Notes: generated by a model from the sequence alone, not told the origin. Numbered from the stretch's first letter, positions 27,204-40,671 are shown. The stretch is DNA of 64,000 nucleotides from Octopus bimaculoides (GCF_001194135.2 NC_068999.1:47385571-47449570); one strand, 5' to 3'. Numbers and translations are program-made.

Positions 27204-27595
27204 TTTCGCACACGGGGCGAAATGCTCAAAGGTATTTCGTCTGTCTTTAGGTTCTGAGTTCAAATTTCGCCAAGGTCGACTTTCATTTTCATCCTTTTGG
27301 GATCGATAAATTAAGTACCAGTTATGTACTGGAGTCGATCTAATCGACTGCGTCCCCCCGCTCCAAATTTCGGGTCTTGTGCCTTGAGTAGAAAAGAATC
27401 GTTAGCACGCTGGGCAAAATGCTTAGCAGCATTTTATCCATCTTTACATTCCGAGTTCAAATCGCGTCGAGGTGGACTTTACGTTTCATTCTTCTGGAGT
27501 TGATAAAATAAGTATTAGTTGGGCACTGGGGTCGATGAAATCGACTTACCCTTTCTCCCGAAATTGCTGGCTTTGTGCCAAAATTTGAAACCAAT
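27204..27595 (+). mobile_element. Head-to-tail SINE family B dimer
   Basis: Two gagttcaaat..gtcgac/ggtggac..tttcat..gataaa..agta cores joined at agtagaaaagaat|cgttagcacg. Confidence 0.85.
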
Positions 27596-28199
27596 ATTTA
27601 CTAATTGTTGACTAATATTGTTTTCCTTCACTGCATAATCATACCAACTTGACCTGTTAGTTTTCCTGGCAGTAAATACGATAATACCAATTTAGCTATT
27701 CATTTCCATGCAGATGGCGTCTCTAAGTCATTGATTAAATTATTTGTTTTAACCCTTTTGATATCAATCTGCTCAAGATTGCCTTTGGTTTTGATACAAA
27801 TTTTACTGCTTTAAAGCGATTTATATTAAAAACTTGCATCAAATTTTTATGTTAATTTATGTACCAATCACCTTCTTATTAATGGACAAAGTTATTTAAT
27901 TAAATTCTTGACTGTTTTCAAAATTAGGAGAAACAAAGGCAGTAAATTTCAGCAGAAATACCTTGACAAAGGGGTTAATCTGAGTTTTAGTCTGCTGTAA
28001 GTCCTGTTAATACGTGAAATATTTCATATGATGGAGAACGGAATCTCCAAAATATTCGCGGCGCGAAATTGTGAAAAAAAACTTATTTCTAAAAAAAGGC
28101 ATTTGTTGAAATTCTTCCAGAATACGAGTAAAAATACCGACTAATATTCCTCTGAAAATATACATAACATTGTCTGTGTTGGTTTGATCTCAGATTCAT

Positions 28200-28561
28200 A
28201 AAATCTCTCACAGCACATTTTGCATCTCTGCTAACAGCAGTCACTCGACGATAGTCGCCGTTTTTTTTTTGTTTTTTTACTCTCTCACCATCTCCCCCGC
28301 GACCCTCACTGACGCCGCCGCAGCCGCACCACCATCCCTATCTCCCACACCGCCACCACCACAAGAGAAAAGAAAAAGAAAGAATGAAACTGAAGACTTA
28401 GTGCCGTTTCCTTAGTAGAAGGTAGTCTCGGGCAGAAGGAGCAGCTGATGGTTTTTAGTTTAGCAGAAAGTAATAATATTTTGTATATATAAACAGAATT
28501 CTTGTAAGTTTTGCTCATGGTTTCTTTGCATTAAAACCTTGTCTTCAAATAAGATTAAATC
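28200..28561 (+). promoter_or_regulatory. GC/CpG-rich promoter/5' UTR upstream of ankyrin exon A
   Basis: Local GC-rich patch (cccccgcgacc...gacgccgccgcagccgcacc) in AT-rich surroundings, just upstream of ATG 28562. Confidence 0.5.
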
Positions 28562-29182
28562 ATGGAAGAAGAATTTGCTGCTGATTCAGAAGACGAACAA
28601 AGAAGCAACGATCCAATTTTGGAAAACATGGAGTGGGAATTATATAAAGCTGTCGAAGAGGGGAATAACGAGCGGTTTGTAGAATTATTAGACATGGGTT
28701 GCGATGTGGATTCTTTCTTCATCGATGAAGCAAACATTAGCACCAAATCACTTTTGCATGTTTGCTGTGAAAAGGGTAAAAAAGAATTAGTTAATATCTT
28801 ACTAGACAGAGACACCAATTTGTCCGCACGGGACAATTGGGGTCAAACTCCGCTAATGTTTTGTATTTTAGCTGGACGGACAGAAGTGGTCAAAATCCTG
28901 TTGGATCATAGGCCAGAATTAATAAATGATTCCGATAAGTATGGAGACACTTGTCTACATTTCGCTGCCCTGAACGGTATGCTGGAGTTTATGGAAATAT
29001 TGCTTCATTACAATGCACGCGTGAATGCGCTCAACCAAAACGGTTTTACTCCTTTGATGAGTGTCATTATGTCCAGGGAGATCGAATCTACCGACATACG
29101 GAAAGATGTTGTCAACTTGTTGCTTGCCGTAGGTGCTGAAATTAATCTGTACGAGCCACGTGGAAAACGTACCCCCCTACAG
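28562..29182 (+). CDS. Ankyrin-repeat/SOCS-box (ASB-type) protein, variable first coding exon A
   Basis: 207 codons from ATG with ~5 ankyrin repeats (WGQTPLM, GDTCLH, GFTPLM). Ends KRTPLQ at donor CAG|GTTAGT, phase 0. Joins 40018 to give TPLQ|LAVLTKNVDVVEILLQAGADPN. Confidence 0.92.
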
Positions 29183-29299
29183 GTTAGTTGCAATTTTACC
29201 CACCTATCATACTTACCCAGTCACACTTCAAGCGATCTGAGGTAAGTGAAATTAATGTCAAAATTAAATGACATTCATCTCAAAATAATTGCTTTTTAA

Positions 29300-29362
<63 letters not shown>

Positions 29363-29395
29363 CATCATCATCATCATCATTATTATTATTATTAT
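29300..29395. repeat. (ATT)n/(ATC)n microsatellite
   Basis: Directly visible. Confidence 0.95.
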
Positions 29396-30375
29396 ATTTT
29401 GGTATCATTATAGTCAAACTGGAGAGGACAAGTTACTGCAAATGGATCTTTTATCTTTTACATAATTTTAAATAATTATTCATAAAAAATATCAAAGCTA
29501 ACACTTTTTTATATATCACTATATATATAAACAATCTGTAGGTAAAGACACATTGTTTCTTCATTACACTCAAAACTTATTTCAAAAGCATGAAAATAAA
29601 CTAAACTATCTTTCATATTGGACAAAGTTGAAACAATTTTCTTCTCTTAGTATTTTCTAGCTTCTTTCTCTTCATATCAGATTCCTTCCCCATATATATA
29701 CACACATACATTCATACATGCATGCATGCTTGTATGCATCATTGTATGTACACACACACACACAAATGAACTGATGGTATATCCCTCTTCTAAAATGACC
29801 CTGCCTCTCTGGATTTTATTCATGTATACTCGCTCAGTTGTCATTTTAAATGTCCACCTTTTGATCACCTGTTGAGTCTTCTGTACATTTTATGAAAACC
29901 TTCCCTCCTCACGTTTCTAATTTCGACTCAAAAGTTTTAAGGGGAAAAGGGAAAAGTCCATAAGTATGTGTGCAAGAGTAAGATTTGAAAACTTCTATTA
30001 ATGAAAGTGATTCCAGGGAAAGAGGTCCATTATCATATTTTTTCATTTGATATCATTTAATATTATAATGCGCAAAGACATTTCACAATGATACTTCTAC
30101 TGCGAGCATTTTACAAAATAAAAACCTAAATACTTTTCTCTTCTCTGTCAATCAGACACACACACACACACACATTAGTCTTTAGCAAGAATGTTGATAG
30201 TGACTTCGAAGTTTCGGCTTGCTTAGCCTTCATTGGGCTTCATTGCACTGTCAACACTTTTCTTGGTAAAGAATAATGGATATGTTCTCTTCAAAAAGTA
30301 TTGAGTAATCCTTTTGTTTAACGTAAAATTGTTTTATTATAAACTCAACATTAAAGCAGACATTAATTCAGACAA

Positions 30376-30397
30376 ATAGATAGATAGATAGATACAC

Positions 30398-30448
<51 letters not shown>

Positions 30449-30450
30449 GA
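30376..30450. repeat. (AGAT)n microsatellite
   Basis: Directly visible. Confidence 0.95.
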
Positions 30451-30941
30451 GATAAAGGCCAAAATATTGGAAACTTTCATATACATATCCCAGCTAAAAC
30501 AACAGAAGAAACCTTTTGTAAGCGCATCATTAGAAATCAGGTCAACAGCTGACCGCCTGGTAGGTTTGTTTACAATGTTGGGTGCTATTTCAAATTCAAC
30601 TGAAATTAAAATAAATTTGTCAATCTTGAGTAAAGGATGTTCTGTGTCTCGGGAACTGGTGACGTATTCTGGTTAAAGTCTTTCTCGGGGAATTGGACAA
30701 ATGAAGCGACTTCAAACTCAAAGTGACGGGAAGGTGTTAGAATGGATTGCACTGACATGAGAACTTGGGATGCCTATGGCGATGGCAAAAAAACAAAAAG
30801 AAGAAAAGTCTGCAGAGCCTTTCTGCAAATTAGTAACGAGAAATACCTAGAAAAAGTTGTTTGTATATGATCCCATCGCGCAATAGGGGCACGACAACTG
30901 GTTTTATTGACCAGTTACAAACACTGTCGCTAACTTTATAT

Positions 30942-31085
30942 CAGGCATTGGCAACCTTCTTCGAGAAGCTAGCAGCATGAGACATACATCATTATCAAGC
31001 GGGCAGCACTACTAAAAAGAAGAGTCGAAGCTAATTTTACGTTAGACATGCCTTTCAGAGAGTCCCACGAGCCGCAGTTGGCCAG
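30942..31085. mobile_element. Short hAT-like MITE (related pieces at ~20328-20460 and 14854-15173)
   Basis: caggcattggcaacc... and ...gccgcagttggcca ends. Internal homology to 20330-20460 (gcaacct...gaga.at..att.atc..gcgggc.gcacta). Confidence 0.5.
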
Positions 31086-31930
31086 TAACTGTCTTATGTC
31101 ATCGCAACTCAATTCAAACAGCTAAAGATACCAAACCTCATAGTCGATGTTGCTGGGGCATTTGCAACGTAACTAAGCTTGCATACCAAAAGTTAAGGTT
31201 CCTCTTCAGGATGTGAAAATGTTTCAACTCTGAATAGTTGGTGACCCTTTTGTACAAGAGTACCTCAAATCAGAATACTATTAAAAAGATCTGAGACGCT
31301 GCACATTTTAGTCATCCAAAGTAATCCAATTGATTGCAGTCATAATTTCTGTTACCGTTGCTGTTTGGAAATCATGGATATCATGATTTTCTGTTTGTTT
31401 TCCATTGTAAACAGGGGGGGGGGGTCTTTTGTTTCTGTTGATATACTATCAACAAACATATAGCTACATTACAGTTTTTTTTTCTCCCGAACCAAATAAT
31501 AAAGGCATTTCTTTGTAACCTAAATGAATATCATTAATATACTTTCATTAAAGAGAATTATTGCCCAGTTAACGAATATACTTAAATACATATATGTATG
31601 CGTACATATTATATGCATGTATGCGTGTATATATCTATACACACATGCATTCACACACACACACACACACACATATACANNNNNNNNNNNNNNNNNNNNN
31701 NNNNNNNNNNNNNNNNNNNNNNNNNNNNNNACACACACACGCACACATTGTTTAATATCGAAAGAAATTAAAAAGAAAGAGATTTAAATTTATCTTAATT
31801 CGAATATGTTTTAAAATTTAGTTTCTCAGGTAAGTTAAACAATCCTGTTGGTATGTGTATATAATGGTGATAAGAAAAATAATTCCCAAAGCGCGAAATC
31901 TGCGTACTAAAACAATTGTTTCCTCTGAAT

Positions 31931-31963
<33 letters not shown>

Positions 31964-32596
31964 ATCTGTAAATATAAATATGTGTTTATTGTCACTGTAA
32001 AGTATTTGGCATTTTGCCCAAGTTATATCTGCGCAAATTGCAAAAGCTGAAGGCCAATTGGTAAATAGCATGTAGTAATGCCGTTACTACAAGCACAAGA
32101 ATGTAGTTAAGATAACAGCGAGAAGGATTCTATGTAGAAGTGTCTGATACTAGCAGACTGATCTTGTTAAAAGAAGAGGACAACTGGCAAACTCCTCTCC
32201 TTGAAGTAAAAGCGATAGAGTTTCAACAGACTATTTTCATAATTGTGCTCTTTTCAGCTTTTGTGTTATTAGCAAGAACAGTCTCTCACGTTAGTATACT
32301 CTGCTAAGATACATCAACAAAACAATTACATATACAGATGTAGACATTTTGAAGTTATAATTTAGAATTCTTATTTCTTTATTGCCCACAAGGGGCTAAA
32401 CATAGAGGGGGACAAACAATTCTAAAATAATTTAGAATTCTATGAATATAATTATCAATTTCACTTAACAACTAAACTTATCTGGTTTTAAAATTTAAAA
32501 GTAAAGCAAAGTAAGTTCATAAAAATTAACATAACACCCTTGTTTGTTGTTGTTGTTTTTTTGGGGTCTGATTGCCAATTAATAAAACCAACCCAA

Positions 32597-33145
32597 ATGG
32601 ATATCACAGACCAAGATGTGGCCATGCTGCTTGCCATAGAAGACGACGATCCGGTAGCGCTGCGGGAAATTTTAAAAATGGGAGCTGAGGCTGACACATA
32701 TTGCTATGATTTGAACGGTATTCCATCCAAATCAATGATTCACATTGCATCGGAAAAAAGTCGGTTGGAATGTTTGAAAGTTTTACTGGATTACGGCGGA
32801 TCAGCGGATGCCAGTGACCGCTGGGGTCAAACACCACTTATGTACAGCATCATGGCAGGAAGACGGGAAATTACCGAATATTTACTGGAAAAAGAACCTG
32901 GTTTAGCGAAAGATTCTGATCACAAAGGGAACACGCCTCTTCATTGTGCTGTGCAGGCTGTATGTCACGAAGACATCAAGTTAATTCTTAGTCGAGGAGC
33001 TGATATAAATCGCCAAACAACGAGAGGTGTTACTCCACTTATGCTGGCCTGTATAGAATATTCAGCCTCTTTGGTTAATTATTTAATTGAAGCTGGAGCT
33101 GACATCAATATGAGAGAATATAGAAATAATTCTACGGCTTTACAT
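32597..33145 (+). CDS. Ankyrin-repeat/SOCS-box protein, paralogous variable first coding exon B
   Basis: 183 codons from ATG (MDITDQDVAMLLAIEDDD...) with ~5 ankyrin repeats, colinear with exon A. Ends NSTALH at donor CAT|GTACGT, phase 0. Joins 40018 to give TALH|LAVLTK... Confidence 0.85.
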
Positions 33146-33459
33146 GTACGTAATCTTCCTCTATTTCTTAAAAAACTTTCTAGAATTCAGACCAAATGTA
33201 AGATCCAGATATTACAACTGACTTTGGGAGAATTCTCAAATCAGTTATAATTCTTTCATATAATTTTTTTATATCGGTGTCCAGATATATGAATATTCTT
33301 GTCGATTATTCCTAAAATATGTTGTTCTATTGTTTCGTGTCTCTCACGCGTATAATTACGAAATTAACTCGGCGAAGGAATTGTTTGCAATAATGTATGT
33401 ACGTACGTATGTATGTATGCTAGTGTTTATATACATACATATGTGTGTGTATATGTATG

Positions 33460-33510
<51 letters not shown>

Positions 33511-33799
33511 GTATANNNNNNNNNNNNNNNNNNNNNNNNNNNNNNNNNNNNNNNNNNNNNNNNNNNNNNNNNNNNNNNATATATAATTAGAAAATAATGT
33601 AACAAAACATGGAGGATATATTATAAATAATAAATAGTTATAATTGTGACTTGTTCATAGTTATAAACGTTCTATATATATATATATTAAAATGAAGAGG
33701 TCATGGGTCAACAGGTCTTTTGGGATCTGACGATACGCCATAAAGCTAAACCCTTTAAGGACGGGAAACCTAAAGTAATCCCATAAACCGGCCTCCGCC

Positions 33800-33843
<44 letters not shown>

Positions 33844-33909
33844 TGTGTATGTATATAAAAAATGTGTGTATGTATGTTTACATATATATACTAACATGAA
33901 CATCACATA

Positions 33910-34586
33910 CAGTGGAGTCTCTATATACGAACATAAACCGTTCAGGAGCCGTGTTCGTAAACCAAATTGTTCGTAACATTAATATTTGAAATACATATAC
34001 GTAAGGACAAACCGTTCCAAACCACTCTTAAACTCAGGTCAGGTCAGGTGTGGAAGTACACGCCATTGCAGGGCATCTCTACAACCACCGTTTGTCACTA
34101 TTTGCTCGGGTTGTCCCGAGAAACCCTCGGAAGCTGTGTCCCAGTCAGTCCTCATCTCTGCGAGATATTTCCTCATCCAAAGGCATAAAATGATGTTTTA
34201 TTTGTCTATCCGTCAATAGCAAATACCTAAATATATATTTATATGTAGATATGTGATTGAGTAAATGTGTGTGCGTAATCTACTCGTGGTTTGTTGTTCA
34301 AATTTTAGCACATTGGCTAAATCGAATTTTTTTCAGAAAATCTGTTTGCTATAAAATTAGCCAAATTAGCGTACTGTTCGTTATATGCTCTTCCTGCACG
34401 TGCGTTGTCTACATGTGTGTTTTTCAAATTTCAAATCGCAAAGCGATTAGATTCGCAGTCAGTTATATGTATGCGTAGTCCACTCGTGATTCGTTAATCG
34501 AATCCCAGTTCGTTATGCGAGTTTATTTTCTTTTTTTTTTTAACTGTTCGTTATTCAATCTATTCGTTTAGAGAACGGTTCCTCTG
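33910..34586. mobile_element. Tc1/mariner (Tigger-like) non-autonomous element
   Basis: Starts ta|cagtggagtctctatatacgaac and ends ttcgtttagagaacggttcctctg, with repeated gttcgt subterminal motifs. Confidence 0.5.
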
Positions 34587-34799
34587 TGGGTATTCCATTA
34601 TACATACATACGTACATACATGCATACATATATACATAATTCATGCATACATACATACATACATGTCTATTTCTCTTTCTTTTTTCTCCTTTTTCCAGCA
34701 TGCCCGATTACAAATCTCCCTCCCCCTTCTTTCTACCTCTCCTCTGAAACCGTTTTTTTTTTGTGCCAACCAGATGGTGGGAATGCGCGTGCGAATTAA

Positions 34800-35235
34800 T
34801 GGATGGATTCTGAGAACTTTCAGTACAAGGAACCAGGAAACTGTGCTGGTTCAATAGAGGACATTTGTCCTCAGCTGTCTGGGCTACTGCCTTCAAACGT
34901 GGTCACCCCAGAATGTCAAATTAATAGCAGAACTTGAGGCAGTTCAGTGGTCCTACACCAGGAAGATTGCATCAATGGAACAGCTGAACTTCTGAGAGAG
35001 ACTGAAAGACCTACGATTCAGCTCCTTGGAGCGAAGACGGGAAAGATAGGCAATGATATACGTATGAAAGATCCTGAAGGGTTGGCACTAAACTGTGGCA
35101 TCGAGAGCTATACCAGCTTCCGAACTGGACGTCACTACACTGTTCTCACCCATCCCGTCTAGTGTGAGGACCAAGTACTGCAATAACTTGAGATTCAGGG
35201 GCCCACAGTTATTTAATGCTTTGCGTGACATCTTG
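34800..35235 (+). mobile_element. CR1-type LINE 3' fragment
   Basis: Translates to LEAVQWSYTRKIASMEQLNF*ERLKDLRFSSLERRRER, the typical post-RT CR1-group motif. Confidence 0.75.
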
Positions 35236-35239
35236 AACA

Positions 35240-35608
35240 GGTGTCTTCTACTATAACCTCGGGCCGACCAAAAGTCTTGTAAGTAAATTTGGTAGATGGA
35301 AACTGAAAGAAGCCCATCATATATATATGCGTATGTGTGTGTTTCTGTTCATTTGTGTTTGTCCTCCATCACCGCTTGATAACCGGTGTTGGTGTGTTTC
35401 TGTTCATTTGTGTTTGTCCTCCATCACCGCTTGATAACCGGTGTTGGTGTGTTTATGTCCCCGTAACTTAGCGGTTCGGCAAAAGAGACTGATAGAACAG
35501 GTGTCAGGCTTTAAAAAGCCCTGGGGTCGATTTGTTCGACTAAAACCCTTCAAGGTGGTGCTCCAGCATGGCCGCAGTCAAACGACGGAAACAAATAAAA
35601 TAAAAGAA
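35240..35608 (+). mobile_element. SINE family A with an internal ~57-bp tandem duplication
   Basis: gtgtttctgttcatttgtgtttgtcctccatcaccgcttgataaccggtgttg occurs twice in tandem. Confidence 0.85.
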
Positions 35609-36169
35609 TGTGTGTGTGTGTGTGTATTTTTGTATGTATGTATATTTTCTACATCGTAATTAATCGAGGTCAAACTGGAATCTAAGGGAACACGAATCAT
35701 AATAAAACTTCCGTGTTATTTTATTTATTTATTGTTATTGTTCACTGTGGTAAAAGAGGTTTGGTAGAATCGTAAGAACATCGGGGAAGCTTCATTCAGT
35801 GGGTGGGGTCGATAAAATAAACAACCAGTCAAGTATCGAAGTAGATGGTTATTGACTTAACTCCACCACCATCAGCCCATTCATTTCAAAATTGCTGGTT
35901 TTGTGCGAAAATTGGAAACAATTTGTTTGTTTGTGTGTGTGTCTGTGTAAGGAGTAATGGTATGTGTGGGAGGTGGGGGTGTTTGGGTGCGAGTGTCTAT
36001 AGGGGGGGATATCGATATGCGTGTGGGGGTTACATGTTTGTGATGTGTGTTTGTGGGACGATTTTTTTTTGTGGGGGTACGTATAGTGGTGGTGGTGGTG
36101 AATGTGTGTGGGGGCGGGATTCGTGTGTGTGTGTGTGTGTGTGTGTTCATGTCAGACGGGGTAAATTAT

Positions 36170-36330
36170 TCTTTTCTACTCTAGGCACAAGGCCCGAAAT
36201 TTTGGGGGAGGGAGGGGCAGTCGATTAGATCGACCCTAGTACGCAATTGGCACTTGATTTATCGACCCCAAAGGATGAAAGGCAAAGTCGATCCCAACGG
36301 AATTTGAACTCAGAACGTAAAGACAGACGA
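36170..36330 (-). mobile_element. SINE family B
   Basis: ttcttttctactctaggcacaaggcccgaaattttgggggag...ggatgaaaggcaaagtcga...ggaatttgaactcagaacg. Confidence 0.85.
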
Positions 36331-37696
36331 TGCCAACCATCCAACCCATGATGGAAAACAGATGTTAAATGATGATGATGATGACAGGAAGTTATTTGGT
36401 TCTGTGGTGTTTTCATTGGTTACATAGTTTATTTCTTGTGTTATGAATTTTCACTCATCTTCAAAATACCTTTATGTAAGCATAACAATAAAATCTTTCA
36501 TTTAGAATTAACTTAATGAAGGATGAAACTGGCTGAAACATCAGGCAAGCAAAATTTGACAACATTAGAGTGACTTCTGTGGCATTAAAATTAAATGCCT
36601 CTGAAAAATGTTAGGATATGAAGCTCTGTGCAAGTAAAGACTGTCTATAACCAATACCAACCGCTGTTTGTACAACTGTTCATCATTACTTAATTAATAA
36701 AGCATTTTGTAAGGGTCTTAGGATCAACTTTTCTCACCAAGCAAAAAGTGCAGTTGCTATTGCATTAAATCTACTTTTTTGTTATCTTCTTATCAAATCT
36801 ATTTCATACTCAGTTAAAAAATTGTTCAACATCTTCAGTGTACATCACAAGATCAGAAAAACAATCATCAGTAAATCCACACATTCTAAGATTTAACTTT
36901 GCCACTTTTTTCCATATTTCCTATGGCTTTTTATTAAGAAGCTGCCTTCCTTGACACCTTTTTGTCGTCAAGTACACATCACATGTCCCATTAGTGCAAT
37001 AATATCTGCTGTATGTATATATGGGCCAATGCCAGAAATATACAACTTCTGTCTCAGTACACACATATTCCATCAACTGTGCTAGTTAATATCACATCTC
37101 CAATAGTTCATGCTCACCTCATTTCTCTCTCCCTCCCTCCTCACTCTTCCTCTCTCCAGCTGCTGTTGATCTTTGACTAACCATGTTGTCTCACTACCAT
37201 GCAACATCATACAAGCTGCCTACACATAAACTGTTTGTTGTCAATGGAATTAACAGTGTCTTCATCTTCTACCACTGCTTTCCAACTGCAGTAAACTAAT
37301 GTTTTATGTAAAACCTTCTCTATCATTAGTCACGTCACATAAATAATAAAGAAACCATCGTTTACTGATAACGACCCTGGTATATCCTGCTTTATTTGAA
37401 GTTCTGCTTCTCTGTCAGCCTGCCAGAAATCTTCCTCCTTGTGTACTCAAAGCTTGCACTGAATTCACAATATTAAGTTTCTACCTATAATCAAGGCCAC
37501 TTTCCAATAGAATTATGTGTTTTCTCTTAGGAATTATCTTTTTTTTTCTGGGTGCTCCAGACAATTCTTCATTGTCTTGAATTTTTTCTTCAGTTCTTTG
37601 ACAGATTTGCTATGGAAGCATGGTCATCAGAATATAAATGTTCTCGAGAAAACCACTTCTGTATTATAACCTAAAGAAACATAATTCCTCACTGAG

Positions 37697-38085
37697 GCGC
37701 AGGAGTGACTGTGTGGTAAGAAGCTTGCTTACCAACCACATGGTTCCGGGTTCAGTCCCACTGCATGGCACCTTGGGCAAGTGTCTTCTACTATAGCCTC
37801 AAGCCAATCAAAGCCTTGCGTGTGGATTTGGTAGACGGAAACTGAAACAAAATTGTCATATGTAAGTGTGTGTGTGTGTGTGTGTGTGTGTTTGTCCTCC
37901 ACCACCACTTGACAACTGGTGTCGTTTATGTCCCCATAACCTAGTGGTTCAGCAAAAGAGACTGATAGAATAAATACTGGACTTTTAAAAAAATATGTAC
38001 CGAGGTTGATTCATTCAACTAAAAATTTCTTCGAAGTGGTGCTCCAGTATGGCCATAGTCTAATGAGTGAAACAAGTAAAAGATA
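37697..38085 (+). mobile_element. SINE family A, full length
   Basis: gcgcaggagtgactgtgtggtaagaagcttgcttaccaacc...aatgagtgaaacaagtaaaag. Confidence 0.9.
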
Positions 38086-39774
38086 TGATGGACATCTTTA
38101 TTTACTGCAGGTCCATTGGAAATTCATAAATCTTTTGGATAATCTTTGTAGGAATTTTAGATATCTCTATCAGGTTTTTATTATGCATATAACAGCTGGA
38201 AGATTTCCAGATCATGTTGGATGTAGACAGCCTTGAGAATTATAAGAGTTATTTAGAGCACCTTAGACATTGCTAAAAATATAGGCAGGACACGTATTTA
38301 AAAAAATTTAACATTGTTAAATTACTAATCTGTTGCTTTTGCTAGGTTTTTTTTTCAAATATCAAAGTGTTCCAGAATAAAAATGAAACAAAACAGTGAG
38401 TATGAAATGTAAAAAAAAAAAACTGCATTTATCACACACACATACACACACCAGACATTGTATAAATATGAGTTTACCATGTGAGAAACGTTCTCATTAC
38501 CAAAAGATTCATAGCCAAACAAGTTTTGTGTCTTGTCAGTGGTACCAAAACATAATTGATCAAATAAACACAAGGTGTGTCTCCCTTTATTTAATCCTTA
38601 AGTATTTACATTACTCTGTCAAAAGTAAAACTTATTTATTCACATTGTTTTGAATGAATCCTGCATTATCTCATAGCTTTGAAATTTTGATGATGTGAGT
38701 GTATATTTCTAGAATGACATTGTTTGGTAAGTGTGAGAGGCCAGATCTGGTCAGTATGAACATAAAACAAATAGATTATTAGGCCATATATGGCCAATTT
38801 AAATGCTTAATGGTTAAGGCTCAGGTTGTACCAGTAGCTTAAATTGAATGTGTGAATATTTCAATTTTTTACTCAGTTTCAATCGGTGCACCCAGTGTAA
38901 CCTTGTGTCTATATATAGATTAGTGTTTCTCAACCTTTTTACCCTTGCATAACCCTTAAAATAAATTACATGTCTCAAGGAACCCCTGCACACAAAAAAA
39001 TTATATACTATATCTTTCTCATATATTTTTCATCGTAGTTCATGTGGTAAATATCATATATATATATATGTATAGTCAAAATAAGCAACAAGGATATCCA
39101 AAGTTAATGCAGTACAATCGTTTCATGCGACTCCATTTATTTAAGCAATGTGAACATTACATCAAATATAGAATGTAGAGCAATCTTCAGCTGCACAAAG
39201 ATATAGAAATTTAATGAAATTACATTTCAACAGAAGGACATATTTTTGTAACTACATCTAAACTCTCCAAGTAGAAAGGAAGAATACAAAAAAACCATTT
39301 TGACTTAGCCAGACCATACAGGCTAGTAAATAATTTTAAGCAGATTTTTAAGTGTCACTGATTTTATTTGTTTCTTTGTTTCTGATTTATGGACTATCTT
39401 ATCAGACCTAGGGATTCAAAGCTTAAGGGGACACTGGCATTTTCTTTGTAGGGTAAGGGGTAAACATTGTAGACAGTAAACAGGATTGCTCTGCATTTTA
39501 CATTTGATGTAATGTTCACATTGCTTAATTAAATGGAGTCGCATGAAACAATCGTTTGCATATATGCATGTGTGTGTGTGTGTGTGTTACTGCCTCCTTG
39601 CCTTGACATCACATGATAGTTGTAAGCAAGTGTCACTGTCATACAGGTGTGTCCTTCATTTCTGATCTTCTGTTAAGACATGTCTGGCCTTGCTTGGAAA
39701 CAAGTGTGGAATGGCAAAGAGAAGAGCATCTGGCCATAGAAAATCTGCCTCAACAAATTCTGTTTGACCGACGA

Positions 39775-39807
39775 TGACGATGATGGCAATGATGATGATT
39801 GTGATGC

Positions 39808-39849
<42 letters not shown>

Positions 39850-39925
39850 CGACGACGATGACAATGACAATGATGGCAATGATGATGATTGTGATGCCGA
39901 TGGCGATGATGATGATGACTGATGA
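39775..39925. repeat. (GAT)n-rich compound repeat ~90 bp upstream of the constant-exon acceptor
   Basis: Directly visible. Confidence 0.9.
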
Positions 39926-40017
39926 TGAGTGATAGTCGTCTCTACAGAAAAAGGTAAACATTTTAAAACATATTAACATGTTTTAATAACTTTTCTGTTT
40001 TTGTTTTTAACTTCCAG

Positions 40018-40336
40018 TTGGCTGTGCTCACCAAAAATGTTGATGTTGTTGAAATCCTCCTTCAAGCCGGAGCCGACCCTAATATGGCTGACAGGTCTGG
40101 CAAGATTCCCCTCACAAACTGTATCCTTGAAAATATCACGGTAAAACAGGAAGCTGGAGTTGCTCCTGACATTGATGCCAATATCCAATCTATGATATTT
40201 TTACTGACTCAGGCAGGAAGTAATTTAAACTTGACAATGTGTGAATATAGCCATCCTTTGATATGTGCAGCTTTTGTTGGTTCGGCTGAATTGGTTCAGT
40301 TTTTTATTGACCAAGGTTCCATTCCAAACATGGTGT
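40018..40336 (+). CDS. Ankyrin-repeat/SOCS-box protein, constant exon 1
   Basis: Pyrimidine tract + TTCCAG acceptor. Reads LAVLTKNVDVVEILLQAGADPN...SHPLICAAFVGSAELVQFFIDQGSIPNMV. GTAAGT donor at 40337, phase 1. Confidence 0.93.
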
Positions 40337-40563
40337 GTAAGTATTAGTTTCTTGAATTTCTTCCCTTCGTATCAATTAAAAGTGGAGGCGCATGGTGTAG
40401 TCGTCAGGGTGTTGGACTCCTGATCGTAAGATTATGGTTTCAATTCCTGGACCAGGTGATGCATTATACTTTTTGAGCAAATAGCTAAATTTCATATTGC
40501 TCCAATCCACTCAGCTGATAAAAATAAATAATCCTGCAAGATATATATATATATATATATGTG

Positions 40564-40635
<72 letters not shown>

Positions 40636-40671
40636 TAGATATAGATATATATATTTATGAATTAATAGTCA

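Noticed and set aside
29183-29245. Intron read-through forms of exon A (to 29245) and exon B (to 33250) as SOCS-less isoforms
   Set aside because: The post-donor residues are not ankyrin-like and both donors are canonical, so there is no positive evidence for these isoforms.
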